This document shows positions 20,420 to 28,979 of a stretch of 64,000 nucleotides of DNA, in pieces (the first letter of the stretch is position 1; each line of letters starts with the position of its first letter). The notes under the pieces were generated by a model. The model made no database searches. It had not been told where the DNA came from and was given only the letters and a program-made list of their open reading frames with translations. The position numbers were made by a program, and so were the translations under genes. Source of the stretch: an uncultured delta proteobacterium (GTDB lineage: Bacteria > Desulfobacterota > Desulfuromonadia > Geobacterales > Pseudopelobacteraceae). The stretch lies in NCBI GenBank assembly GCA_963772835.1, contig CAVYYZ010000006.1, positions 48,782 through 112,781 of the forward strand, in the 5' to 3' direction.

Positions 20420-20443
20420 AATTTAAATTCGAGGAGAAACCTG

Positions 20444-20749
20444 ATGCAGGAAGAAATTTTCAATACAATGCAGGAAAGATATCAGAAGGGAATTTTTACT
20501 ATACCTACGACATTCTACTTTTCCATCGATGATATCAAGAAGACGCTGACTCTGGATGACTCGGGGTGTACCGTTGAGGAGGGGAAAACGGTTGCAGACG
20601 CCGACTGTGTCTGCAAAACCAGCGGGGAGATGTTCAGCAGGATCTGGAACGACGGGTACCGGCCGGGGATCATGGACTTCATGGGCGGCAGCATCAAGTC
20701 AAACGCTCCGCAACTTCTTCAGCAGTTTTTGGTCGCCTTTGGAAAGTAG
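20444..20749 (+). CDS. Stand-alone SCP2 (sterol carrier protein 2)-like lipid-binding protein
   Basis: 101 aa; CTVEEGKTVADADCVCKTS...DFMGGSIKSN matches the SCP2 pattern; GAGGAG RBS. Confidence 0.7.
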   Translation: MQEEIFNTMQERYQKGIFTIPTTFYFSIDDIKKTLTLDDSGCTVEEGKTVADADCVCKTSGEMFSRIWNDGYRPGIMDFMGGSIKSNAPQLLQQFLVAFGK

Positions 20750-20949
20750 CCGGCGGCTGCGGCACTGCTATTCAAAATCACACCCTCTCCACAAATTTTC
20801 TCCGTCCGTCCCCGTTTAGATTTTTCTGCCTGCGGCACTCAACAGTTAGCAGTTGTCTTCTGCTTTTTTTTAGCAGAAAATGACCTCCGGTATTATCACG
20901 AGTGCATCATCTATCCGTAATTGCTCCACCTTCCAGGACACCGTTGCGT

Positions 20950-23181
20950 ATGAACTCAGCCAACGAACATATCCGGCAGGAACCATCAACATTGGCTGAC
21001 GATCTATGGGGTGGATTGGCCGCTATGCTGGTGGCTCTTCCCTCATCAGTTGCCTTCGGCATACTGGTATACACGGCGCTGGGGCAGGAATACGCCGGCC
21101 AGGGGGCAATGGCCGGCCTGCTGGGTGCCGCCGCGCTCGGCATAGTGGCTCCGCTCATCGGCAGGACCGGGGGGCTGATCTCGGCGCCCTGCGCGCCGGC
21201 TGCCGCCATCCTGACGGCGCTGATCGCGAGCCTCCTTTCCGGTGAGGGCGGCACGAAGCTGGGGCCGGAAGCCATCATGCCGATGATAGCACTGGCCGCG
21301 CTGCTGTCGGCACTGTTTCAAACACTCTATGGTCTCCTCGGTGGCGGCCGGCTGATAAAATTCATCCCCTATCAAGTGGTGAACGGCTACCTCTCAGGAG
21401 TGGCACTGCTGATCGCAATCGGCCAGCTCCCGAAACTGCTGGGGTTCCCTAAGGGGATAGACACCATTCAGGGTCTGATGTCACCCGGGTTGTGGAAATG
21501 GCAGGGCCTGGTCGTCGGGATCGTCACCATGGTCGTAATGGCATCGGCACCACTCGTCACCAAAAAAATACCGGCTGTCATCCTTGGCCTGTTTGGCGGG
21601 ATTATCGCCTATTTCGTGCTGGCCTCCTTTTCTGCCGGCCTGCTTGAACTGAACGGCAACCCGCTCATTATCGGACCACTCCAGACTTCCGGCTCTTTCC
21701 TGGATGCAGTCAGCAACCGGGCGCACTCGATGCTGCAGATTGACATCGCATCCCTGTCCCGGATCATGATTCCGGCACTGACACTGTCAGTGCTGCTCTC
21801 AATAGATACGCTCAAGACCTGCGTGGGGCTGGATGCCCTGACCCGCAGCCGCCATAACTCGAACCGCGAACTGATCGGACAGGGAATCGGCAACCTGGCG
21901 TCGTTCCTTGCCGGAGGGATCCCGGGCGCCGGAACCATGGGGCCGACTCTGGTCAATGTCGCAAGTGGTGGACGCACTCCACGTTCGGGGGTCATCGAGG
22001 GCGTGTTTGTTGTACTGGCGCTGGTGCTTCTCAGCAACATGATCGCCTGGGTTCCGATCGGTTCCCTGGCCGGCATTCTGATGATGATCGCCTGGCGGAT
22101 GTTTGACAAAAACATGTTTCACCTGCTGCGCCACCCTGCCGGCCGGCTCGACTTCTGCGTCATTGCCGTGGTGATTCTGGTTGCACTGGCCGTCGGCCTG
22201 ATTGCGGCATCCGGTGCCGGCATCGCCATGGTGATACTGCTCTTTATACGCGATCAGGTGCGTGGTTCCGTCATACGCCGCAAGCGCTATCTCAACCAGA
22301 TGTCATCCAAGACCCGCCGTCAGGCGGCCGAACGCGAAATTCTCATGCGTGACGGTGCGCAGGCGGTCTTCTGCGAGCTGCAGGGTAACCTGTTCTTCGG
22401 CACCACAGACCAGCTCTTCAGCCAGCTCGAGCCCGACCTTCGCACACGCCGCTTTCTGCTGCTCGATATGCGTCACGTCCAGTCCATCGACTACACGGCC
22501 GTTCATCTGTTCGAGCAGATGCATGCCCAGCTGGCGGAGCGCGGCGGACAGTTGCTTTTCAGCGGCATGCCCTCCGGTATCCTGGAACAGCGTGATTTCG
22601 AACGCTACCTTGCTCAGATGGGGCTGGTCCGTGAGGGGGACGGGGTCATGATAACCGAAACTCAGGACAGTGCCCTGGAATGGATGGAGGAGCGGATTCT
22701 GGAAGCGGCCGGCGTGACGGCCGCCGGCCAGGAAACTCTGTTGGAGTTGAAGGATTTCAGGCTGTTCCGGGAGTTCAGTGAGGACGATCTGGCTTCGCTT
22801 GCCGGCTGCATCGGCGAGCTTTCACTCAGACAGGGGGAAAAGGCCTTCAGCAGCGGAGATGCGGGGGACGAGCTGTTTCTGGTGCGGCGTGGAATTCTGC
22901 GGGTCCTGTTGCCGCTGGAGGGGGGGAAATATCACCACCTTGCCACCGTCTGCCAGGGGGGGGTAATCGGCGAACTGGCTTTTCTTGATCGCGGCATACG
23001 TTCCGCCGATGTTGATGCCAAGGTTGACACCGACCTCTACGTCCTTTCCCGATCCCGGTTCAACACATTGGCCCGGGCGAATGCCGCCATGGGTGTTCAG
23101 GTCTTTGCCCGACTGGCCCTTTCCATCGCCGAAAGCCTGCGCCAGACTGATGCCGAGTTGCGCGTCCTGGAAGAACGGTAA
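20950..23181 (+). CDS. SulP/SLC26 anion transporter with STAS and cyclic-nucleotide-binding domains
   Basis: DLWGGLAAMLVALP, NRELIGQGIGN, LQGNLFFG, C-terminal GELAFLDRGIRSADV; start uncertain. Confidence 0.88.
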   Translation: MNSANEHIRQEPSTLADDLWGGLAAMLVALPSSVAFGILVYTALGQEYAGQGAMAGLLGAAALGIVAPLIGRTGGLISAPCAPAAAILTALIASLLSGEGGTKLGPEAIMPMIALAALLSALFQTLYGLLGGGRLIKFIPYQVVNGYLSGVALLIAIGQLPKLLGFPKGIDTIQGLMSPGLWKWQGLVVGIVTMVVMASAPLVTKKIPAVILGLFGGIIAYFVLASFSAGLLELNGNPLIIGPLQTSGSFLDAVSNRAHSMLQIDIASLSRIMIPALTLSVLLSIDTLKTCVGLDALTRSRHNSNRELIGQGIGNLASFLAGGIPGAGTMGPTLVNVASGGRTPRSGVIEGVFVVLALVLLSNMIAWVPIGSLAGILMMIAWRMFDKNMFHLLRHPAGRLDFCVIAVVILVALAVGLIAASGAGIAMVILLFIRDQVRGSVIRRKRYLNQMSSKTRRQAAEREILMRDGAQAVFCELQGNLFFGTTDQLFSQLEPDLRTRRFLLLDMRHVQSIDYTAVHLFEQMHAQLAERGGQLLFSGMPSGILEQRDFERYLAQMGLVREGDGVMITETQDSALEWMEERILEAAGVTAAGQETLLELKDFRLFREFSEDDLASLAGCIGELSLRQGEKAFSSGDAGDELFLVRRGILRVLLPLEGGKYHHLATVCQGGVIGELAFLDRGIRSADVDAKVDTDLYVLSRSRFNTLARANAAMGVQVFARLALSIAESLRQTDAELRVLEER

Positions 23182-23211
23182 TCAGTCTGGCGCATAAGTG
23201 ACCTCATTCAA

Positions 23212-24066
23212 TCAGAGTCCCAACGACTCCGGTTTTTTGCCTGCATCAGGGAAAAACAGGGGTGCGCCGAATGTATCAACACCGAACCGGCCGATAATCT
23301 TCTGGGTCTTCTGTGCAACCATGAAATCGGCAAATAACCTCCCTCCCTGCGCATTTACTTTGGGCCATTTGACTGCGTTAAGTTCGATCACGTGATAGAT
23401 ATTAAGCAGTTTGCCATCCCCCTCCACCAGAATCTCCAGTCCCAGATTTTTTTTCAGTGACAGGTACGTAGCGCGATCAGTAAGAGTATAACCCTTTTTT
23501 TCTGCTGCTACATTCAACGTCTGCCCCATGCCAAGGCCTGTCTGCTGGTACCACTTCTGCCCTTCCGGGTTCACTGCAGCACCTTTCCAGAGCCCTTTTT
23601 CCTTGGCATTAGTCCCGGAATTGTCACCGCGGGAAAGAAATAGCGACGCGGATTTAGCAATCAGCTTCATGGCATCAGCGGCAGAAGCGCCTTTGATCTT
23701 CGCCGGATCAGAAGCCGGGCCGACTATGATGAAGTCGTTGTGCATCACCAGGCGTCGCGTGACGCCAAAACCTTCATCCATAAACTTTTTCTCGGCAGCG
23801 GGGGAATGAACAAGCAATACATCTGCCTCCCCTTTTTCCCCCATCTTCATGGCCTGGCCGGAACCGACCGAAATAGTTTTGACCTGAAGGCCGCTCTCCT
23901 TCTCGAACATGGGCACGAGTACATCCAGCAGCCCGGAATCCTGAGTGCTGGTTGTGGTAGCCAGAATGACCGTTTTAGAGGCGGCCAGAGCTGAAACCGT
24001 TGTAGTCAGCATTACAATGGCAGCAAAGAGTAGTAATACACGGGAAGACAAGCGGAAACTTTTCAT
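23212..24066 (-). CDS. tupA: Tungstate ABC transporter substrate-binding protein
   Basis: Signature LATTTSTQDSGLL, VGSGQA, SRGDNSGT, YTLTDRATY; signal peptide. Confidence 0.88.
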   Translation of the reverse strand: MKSFRLSSRVLLLFAAIVMLTTTVSALAASKTVILATTTSTQDSGLLDVLVPMFEKESGLQVKTISVGSGQAMKMGEKGEADVLLVHSPAAEKKFMDEGFGVTRRLVMHNDFIIVGPASDPAKIKGASAADAMKLIAKSASLFLSRGDNSGTNAKEKGLWKGAAVNPEGQKWYQQTGLGMGQTLNVAAEKKGYTLTDRATYLSLKKNLGLEILVEGDGKLLNIYHVIELNAVKWPKVNAQGGRLFADFMVAQKTQKIIGRFGVDTFGAPLFFPDAGKKPESLGL

Positions 24067-24092
24067 TTTGATCTCCTTTTTGATAGCGCAAT

Positions 24093-24938
24093 TTATTTTT
24101 TGGGATGTTGAGCGTGCCATTCTCTGGAATCTGGAAAGAACAGCTGGGCACCAAATCGGTCAACGCCAAATTCTGCAATTATTTTCTGCCCCTTGGATGG
24201 GTTCGTGAGCCAGTTGACAAAATCGGCCGAATCCTTGCTGTTGACGTTCGGGAACTTTTTCTGACTGACAGGAATGAGCGAAATGCGGTTCAATAGCGAT
24301 TCATCGCCTTCAACGAGGATCTCAAGTTTCAGCTCTTTTTTTATCGATAGATACGTGGCACGATCAATAAAGGTATATGCTCCGGTACTGTTTGCAAAGC
24401 GTAGCGTAGCGACATTTCCCTCGTTCCCTTTTTCATAAACTTTGTACCAGGCGCCGGAAGGCTTCAGTCCGGCTTTTGTCCAAAGCTCGCTCTCCGCAAC
24501 ATGGGTACCCGATTTATCGCCACGACTGATAAAGGTACCAGATTTTTCAGCTATGTTACTGAGCGCAGCGGTTGCCGACTTCATGCCGCGAATCCCGGCG
24601 GGATCAGATGCCGGTCCGACAATGACGAAATCATTGTACATGAGGGGAATACGCTCAGTTCCGAAGCCTGAGGCGACAAACTTCTCCTCCAGAGAACGGG
24701 CATGCACCATTACCAGATCGATGCTCCCCTTTTCAGAAATTTTGAGGGCCGCTCCGGTTCCTGCACCAACGTGCCGTACCCTCACGCCGGTTTCCTTTTC
24801 AAAAGCATCTTCAAGTGTTGTAACGATACCGGCGTCAATAGGGCCGATTGTGCTGGCCAGCATGACAAAGCCTTTTTCGGCATATACCGTTGTTGAGCAG
24901 ATGCCAAGCAGTGCCGCTGCCGCGATTAATCGTTTCAT
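24093..24938 (-). CDS. Second TupA-family binding protein with a variant motif
   Basis: LASTIGPIDAG in place of TTTS; GTGAAL, MYNDFVIVGP, SRGDKSGTH, DRATY. Confidence 0.82.
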   Translation of the reverse strand: MKRLIAAAALLGICSTTVYAEKGFVMLASTIGPIDAGIVTTLEDAFEKETGVRVRHVGAGTGAALKISEKGSIDLVMVHARSLEEKFVASGFGTERIPLMYNDFVIVGPASDPAGIRGMKSATAALSNIAEKSGTFISRGDKSGTHVAESELWTKAGLKPSGAWYKVYEKGNEGNVATLRFANSTGAYTFIDRATYLSIKKELKLEILVEGDESLLNRISLIPVSQKKFPNVNSKDSADFVNWLTNPSKGQKIIAEFGVDRFGAQLFFPDSREWHAQHPKK

Positions 24939-24950
24939 TTCTGCCCCTCC

Positions 24951-26429
24951 TTATTTGATTTTCTTTGTAATGATGGTGCTTGCGCCCTTGCTGAAAACAC
25001 CTTCTTTCTGCGTCTGTTCCAGCATTACCAGCTCTTTGCGCTCACTGTCGATAAAGTAGTCGGCAAGATAATTGGGAGACTCCATCGTATGCCACCGTTC
25101 TTCCAGACTGACGCCATTCCAGGAAAAAGCGGTGACGGAATTCTTGTTGTATGAGCGGTGATTTCCGACTGAAAGTGTACCGCCGTTTTGCGGCACAATG
25201 AGTTCTCCTTCGGGCGAAATGATGATTCTCTGTTCAATAAAGCGCCAGCGATAGCGATCAAGGGCGATGTTCTGGATCTGCTGTTCATCCCGCAGAAAGT
25301 ACGTTTCGCTGCCGCCGACATGATCGGCGCTTTTCCACAACTCCTTGCCCGCTTCGTCAGTGACATGAAGCACTCTGTCTCTGTCAATGTACGCAGTCCG
25401 CTGTTTTCCCTCCCGATCAATAAAAAAATTAAACGAAAAAATATCTGCGTGTTTAGGCAGCTTGATGGACTCTCCCAATGAATACGCCGCACCCCTTTTT
25501 ACTACCAGTCGCACATCACCATAAAAATCTTCAGTTCCTCTCCCGGCGTGCTGGGCAATAAGTTTCCTGTTCTGTCCGTACAGACCAACGGCTCTGAAAA
25601 AGAAGGGGAGCCTGTCAGCAATGGGAGTAAATCCCTGTTCAGTAACTGTCAACGCAAACGATACCAGTTCCTCGCGGTCAACCACGGTAACGTACGCTTC
25701 CAGAACGCCATCGTTGTCGACATCAGCCGTATCAACAGCCAAAATCTTCCCTTCTGTCTTAATAACATATTCGGCAATCTTTTTGAGGGAGTCTGTCTGG
25801 CGGTACAGATACACTCCTCTGGCATCGGCAACCACAAATTCACGCTCTTTTCCGGGAAGAGGGCGACCGGGGGCAATGCCGATCAACGTGCCCTCGATGC
25901 GGGTCTGCTGCACTACCGGTTGGGTAACAGGATCAACTTGCACTGCGGGGTCCGGGGTAACATGCAAACCGGTGGCCACAGCTGATACAGGGACAATCGG
26001 CGCCATCAGCGCTGCCGCAGGAGCAGGAACCGCCGGGTGTTTGACGGGCAGCAACGGCCGCAGCTGGTCGGCCAGTTTACCAAGCGCCGGGATCAAGTCA
26101 TTCGGGCTTTCCCCCTGAACATAGCGCTGGCCGAGCATTTCACCTGCAGAATTTTTTACGGAAGCATCGACGCTGAATGTCTTGCCAAAGGAAGAATAGC
26201 TAGCGGTAATCTTCGCTATGACACCATCTGCACTATCGACCACAATTACATCGTCTGAGGCGATGCGCGACGACAGCAGGTTTTTCAGCACGGTTTTCAT
26301 ATCGGCCGCATTTTCAGTGCCGGTAACAGTGAATTCTTCCACCTGAATTTTTTGCGCGGCAGCCAGGGCATTACCGACAGGAACATTGAAAACTAAAACT
26401 ATAACAAGGACCAGATGACTAGGTTTCAT
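24951..26429 (-). CDS. Secreted FG-GAP/VCBS-repeat (probable beta-propeller) protein
   Basis: Signal peptide, Pro/Ala-rich linker, DTADVDNDGVLE repeat motif, beta-rich C-terminal part. Confidence 0.65.
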   Translation of the reverse strand: MKPSHLVLVIVLVFNVPVGNALAAAQKIQVEEFTVTGTENAADMKTVLKNLLSSRIASDDVIVVDSADGVIAKITASYSSFGKTFSVDASVKNSAGEMLGQRYVQGESPNDLIPALGKLADQLRPLLPVKHPAVPAPAAALMAPIVPVSAVATGLHVTPDPAVQVDPVTQPVVQQTRIEGTLIGIAPGRPLPGKEREFVVADARGVYLYRQTDSLKKIAEYVIKTEGKILAVDTADVDNDGVLEAYVTVVDREELVSFALTVTEQGFTPIADRLPFFFRAVGLYGQNRKLIAQHAGRGTEDFYGDVRLVVKRGAAYSLGESIKLPKHADIFSFNFFIDREGKQRTAYIDRDRVLHVTDEAGKELWKSADHVGGSETYFLRDEQQIQNIALDRYRWRFIEQRIIISPEGELIVPQNGGTLSVGNHRSYNKNSVTAFSWNGVSLEERWHTMESPNYLADYFIDSERKELVMLEQTQKEGVFSKGASTIITKKIK

Positions 26430-26462
26430 ACCACTCCTCGACGGCTTTCTTCGTTTGAGAAG

Positions 26463-26493
26463 AAAGGCGAATCACATTATGCAATTCGCCTTT
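26463..26493 (-). terminator. Intercistronic stem-loop downstream of the porin gene
   Basis: AAAGGCGAAT / ATTCGCCTTT inverted repeat followed by a pyrimidine tract on the minus strand. Confidence 0.5.
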
Positions 26494-26515
26494 ATCGTCC
26501 GCCAACAGTATCAAA

Positions 26516-27832
26516 TCAGAATGTGTAGCTCAACTGCAGATTGAGAGCGTATGGATCATCGGCATTTTTTACACCGAAGCCGGCAATACGGTCACCAGTA
26601 GTGCTGCTGTTCATGCCATCGCCGAGGAATGCATAAGCCAGCGCGGCACTGACACTTACGTTATCCAACATTTTGTAACCAATCTGAGCATTAAGTTCCG
26701 TACCGATGGACCTTTTCTCGCTGTTACGTTTTTCAGCAGTCTGGGCATAGCCAACGTTGGCGTTATAGAACATTTTGCCCATGGTGCCTTCGTAGCCGGC
26801 AAAAGCAGCAACAAGTCCGCGACCACCAACGGTCAGATCGTTACCAAGTACAGAATTAGAAGAGTTTATATACTGGCCGTTACGTACCAGTAACCACATG
26901 TTTGCGGGAACAAAGTATGTGGTTCCGGTAGTGATAGCTGTAAATGATTTCTCTTTGGAAGTTCCGTTGCTATCGCCGGAGAGATAGATGGCGGACAGGT
27001 TAACAGCCCCCGGTCCGACTTTGGTTTTCGAAACTGCGCCAAGCAGGTACCCCTTCAAATCTGTCGTGGCGGTTCTGTCGCCAAACTGAAAGGCCACAAA
27101 CGGCTTGATATTGGCAGGGCCGGCTTTGATGTCAGCATCCAGACCAACCATATGAAGTCGGTCAAACGCCGGAATTGTTGTTGTAGAGTCGTTATTGAGA
27201 TAGTAGTAGGAAGCGCCCACCGTCAAATTCTTGCCGACAGTATATTTACCCCCGGCAACGAACAGGTCGGCTGTTTTCCGGCCGACTTCAGCGACAGTTG
27301 CGGTGTTATCATCAAAACGGAACCAGCCAAGTGACGCCGTCGTGGGGCCAAAGTTTTTTGTCGCGTGGGCGCCGGTCATATCAGCAATTAAAAACAGACC
27401 CTGATATGAGTCCGCCCATGGCTGCATACCGAGTTTTACATTAGCACCGGTGAGCGGGTCGTTAAAGTCGACGTATATGTTTTTGGTTTCGAGTGTTAAC
27501 TGATCGGCATCAAGGTTACCGGAATCATTGCCGGTTGTCCCCTTGTAACCACCGGTAACACCGCCAAAACGTGAATCCAGCTCAAAATAGGTCACCAGCT
27601 TAAAATCGGCATTGGCTTTTGCTGTGTACTGTAGTCGGGCACGCTGTTCAGCCATAAAGCCTGATTTACTGTCGGCACTGAGTCCTGCATTCATTCCGTT
27701 AATAAAATTCGTCTGGTAGCCCATGAATTTGTACATACCATGAAATTCGTTTTCCAATGCCATAGCCGGCACTGAAATTGCCCCAAAGACCCCTGCTGCT
27801 GTTGCGATTGCTGCTGCTTTTTTGAAGTTCAT
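26516..27832 (-). CDS. Outer-membrane beta-barrel channel (Geobacter OmpJ-related porin)
   Basis: Signal peptide ending AMA-LENEFHG, EQRARLQY, ETKNIYVDF, GTELNAQIGY, C-terminal YTF. Confidence 0.8.
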   Translation of the reverse strand: MNFKKAAAIATAAGVFGAISVPAMALENEFHGMYKFMGYQTNFINGMNAGLSADSKSGFMAEQRARLQYTAKANADFKLVTYFELDSRFGGVTGGYKGTTGNDSGNLDADQLTLETKNIYVDFNDPLTGANVKLGMQPWADSYQGLFLIADMTGAHATKNFGPTTASLGWFRFDDNTATVAEVGRKTADLFVAGGKYTVGKNLTVGASYYYLNNDSTTTIPAFDRLHMVGLDADIKAGPANIKPFVAFQFGDRTATTDLKGYLLGAVSKTKVGPGAVNLSAIYLSGDSNGTSKEKSFTAITTGTTYFVPANMWLLVRNGQYINSSNSVLGNDLTVGGRGLVAAFAGYEGTMGKMFYNANVGYAQTAEKRNSEKRSIGTELNAQIGYKMLDNVSVSAALAYAFLGDGMNSSTTGDRIAGFGVKNADDPYALNLQLSYTF

Positions 27833-27917
27833 CCGTGTTCCCCCTTTTTATTGGTGTTGCTACAAAATATCAGGCGCTTATCAGGTCATTTCCCGTTGAT
27901 ATAAATAGGTTCTTGCT

Positions 27918-28313
27918 TCAGCAAACGGATTCGACAAATTGCTCGCTCTTGGTTATAGTTGACATTCTTTTCAGCCGGGCGATCCCCGATTTGCATGCCT
28001 CAAAGCTGTCTTCGCTGTTTGGAGAGCTGACTGCCACAAGAGAGATGATCTCTCCGACAGCAAGACTTCCGGCCCGCCGGATCAACAGCACATCCTCAAG
28101 TTTCCAGGATTGTTTCAGCTCCCCGGCAATACCCTCCAGCTCCATAATGGTGTCATTCCCCTGGGCCCGGTACTCAATAGAGGCCGTTGATTTCACCGAA
28201 CCGGCCTGTTTCTTGACTACCGCGTAATGCATTACAACTGAACCGGAATAAGTCGCGTAAATCGAATTGTAGATTGTTGCCGGATCGATGGGGTTCTCAA
28301 CTAATGTAACCAT
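27918..28313 (-). CDS. moaE: Divergent molybdopterin synthase large subunit-like protein
   Basis: SGSVVMHYAVVK, IEY, RRAGSLAVGEIISLVAVSS, FEAC...LK...KSE fit the MoaE pattern, but both HR motifs are altered. Confidence 0.7.
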   Translation of the reverse strand: MVTLVENPIDPATIYNSIYATYSGSVVMHYAVVKKQAGSVKSTASIEYRAQGNDTIMELEGIAGELKQSWKLEDVLLIRRAGSLAVGEIISLVAVSSPNSEDSFEACKSGIARLKRMSTITKSEQFVESVC

Positions 28314-28354
28314 ATAAAAGGTTCCCTTTTGCGGCTGTTGGAATAATAGAAAAG

Positions 28355-28519
28355 AAGCCCCTTCTCAAGATAGAAAAGGGGCGCGGGCGGACCACCGTCG
28401 GTGGCACGTCAAGCACGAGTTCCCCTTTTCAAAGGAGGGCGGCGCTGTTTCCGGCGACACCCGCAGGTCGAACGCCATGAGGATTTTTCCCTGGTAGGCG
28501 CAACAACTCGGAGACTGGC
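28355..28519 (-). ncRNA. Moco/Tuco riboswitch plus terminator, gene-proximal copy
   Basis: Minus strand CTCCGAG...CCTA...GGGT...GGAAAC...CCTCCTTTGAAAAGGGGA, then hairpin GCCCCTTTTC-TATCTT-GAGAAGGGGC and a U-tract; upstream of moaE/tupA. Confidence 0.85.
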
Positions 28520-28543
28520 TAATTGTGATGTGAATACAAACAA

Positions 28544-28708
28544 AAGCCCCTTCTCAAGATAGAAAAGGGGCGCGGGCGGACCACCGTCGGTGGCACGTCA
28601 AGCACGAGTTCCCCTTTTCAAAGGAGGGCAGCGCTGTTTCCGGCGACACCCGCAGGTCGTACGCCATGAGGATTTTTCCCTGGTAGGCGCGACAACTCGG
28701 AGACTGGC
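28544..28708 (-). ncRNA. Moco/Tuco riboswitch plus terminator, promoter-proximal copy
   Basis: 162/165 identical to the other copy, offset by 189 nt. Confidence 0.85.
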
Positions 28709-28721
28709 AAAATGTGGCGGA

Positions 28722-28750
28722 ACGATAGCGGAATCACCATCCGCTGTCAA
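28722..28750 (-). promoter_or_regulatory. Sigma70 promoter for the riboswitch leader
   Basis: Minus strand TTGACA-N17-TATCGT, ending 13 nt before the first aptamer. Confidence 0.65.
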
Positions 28751-28979
28751 TCGTTTCTTGAATGCATGTTTCTTGAATGCAGCGGTAATGTGTACTCTGC
28801 GTGCCTCTGCCCATGCCGCTAGATGAAGATCTTTCACGTCGCGCAGTTTTCTTTTATACATTCAGACTGACCCGGTATCCAGGACGTTTTCCATGCGTTT
28901 GCGGCGTCCACTTTATCAGTGTGGCTCACTTCGCATTTTATTGACAGTACGGGCCATTGACGGTTATTGTTTCCACCCG

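Noticed and set aside
28355..28708. Tandem 165-bp repeat as a CRISPR array, IS ends or an assembly duplication
   Set aside because: Only two long units, no spacers, cas or transposase; riboswitch motifs explain it, and three substitutions argue against a simple assembly artefact.
28590..28861. Short ORFs overlapping the riboswitch and promoter
   Set aside because: No RBS or motifs; the region is explained as a structured leader.
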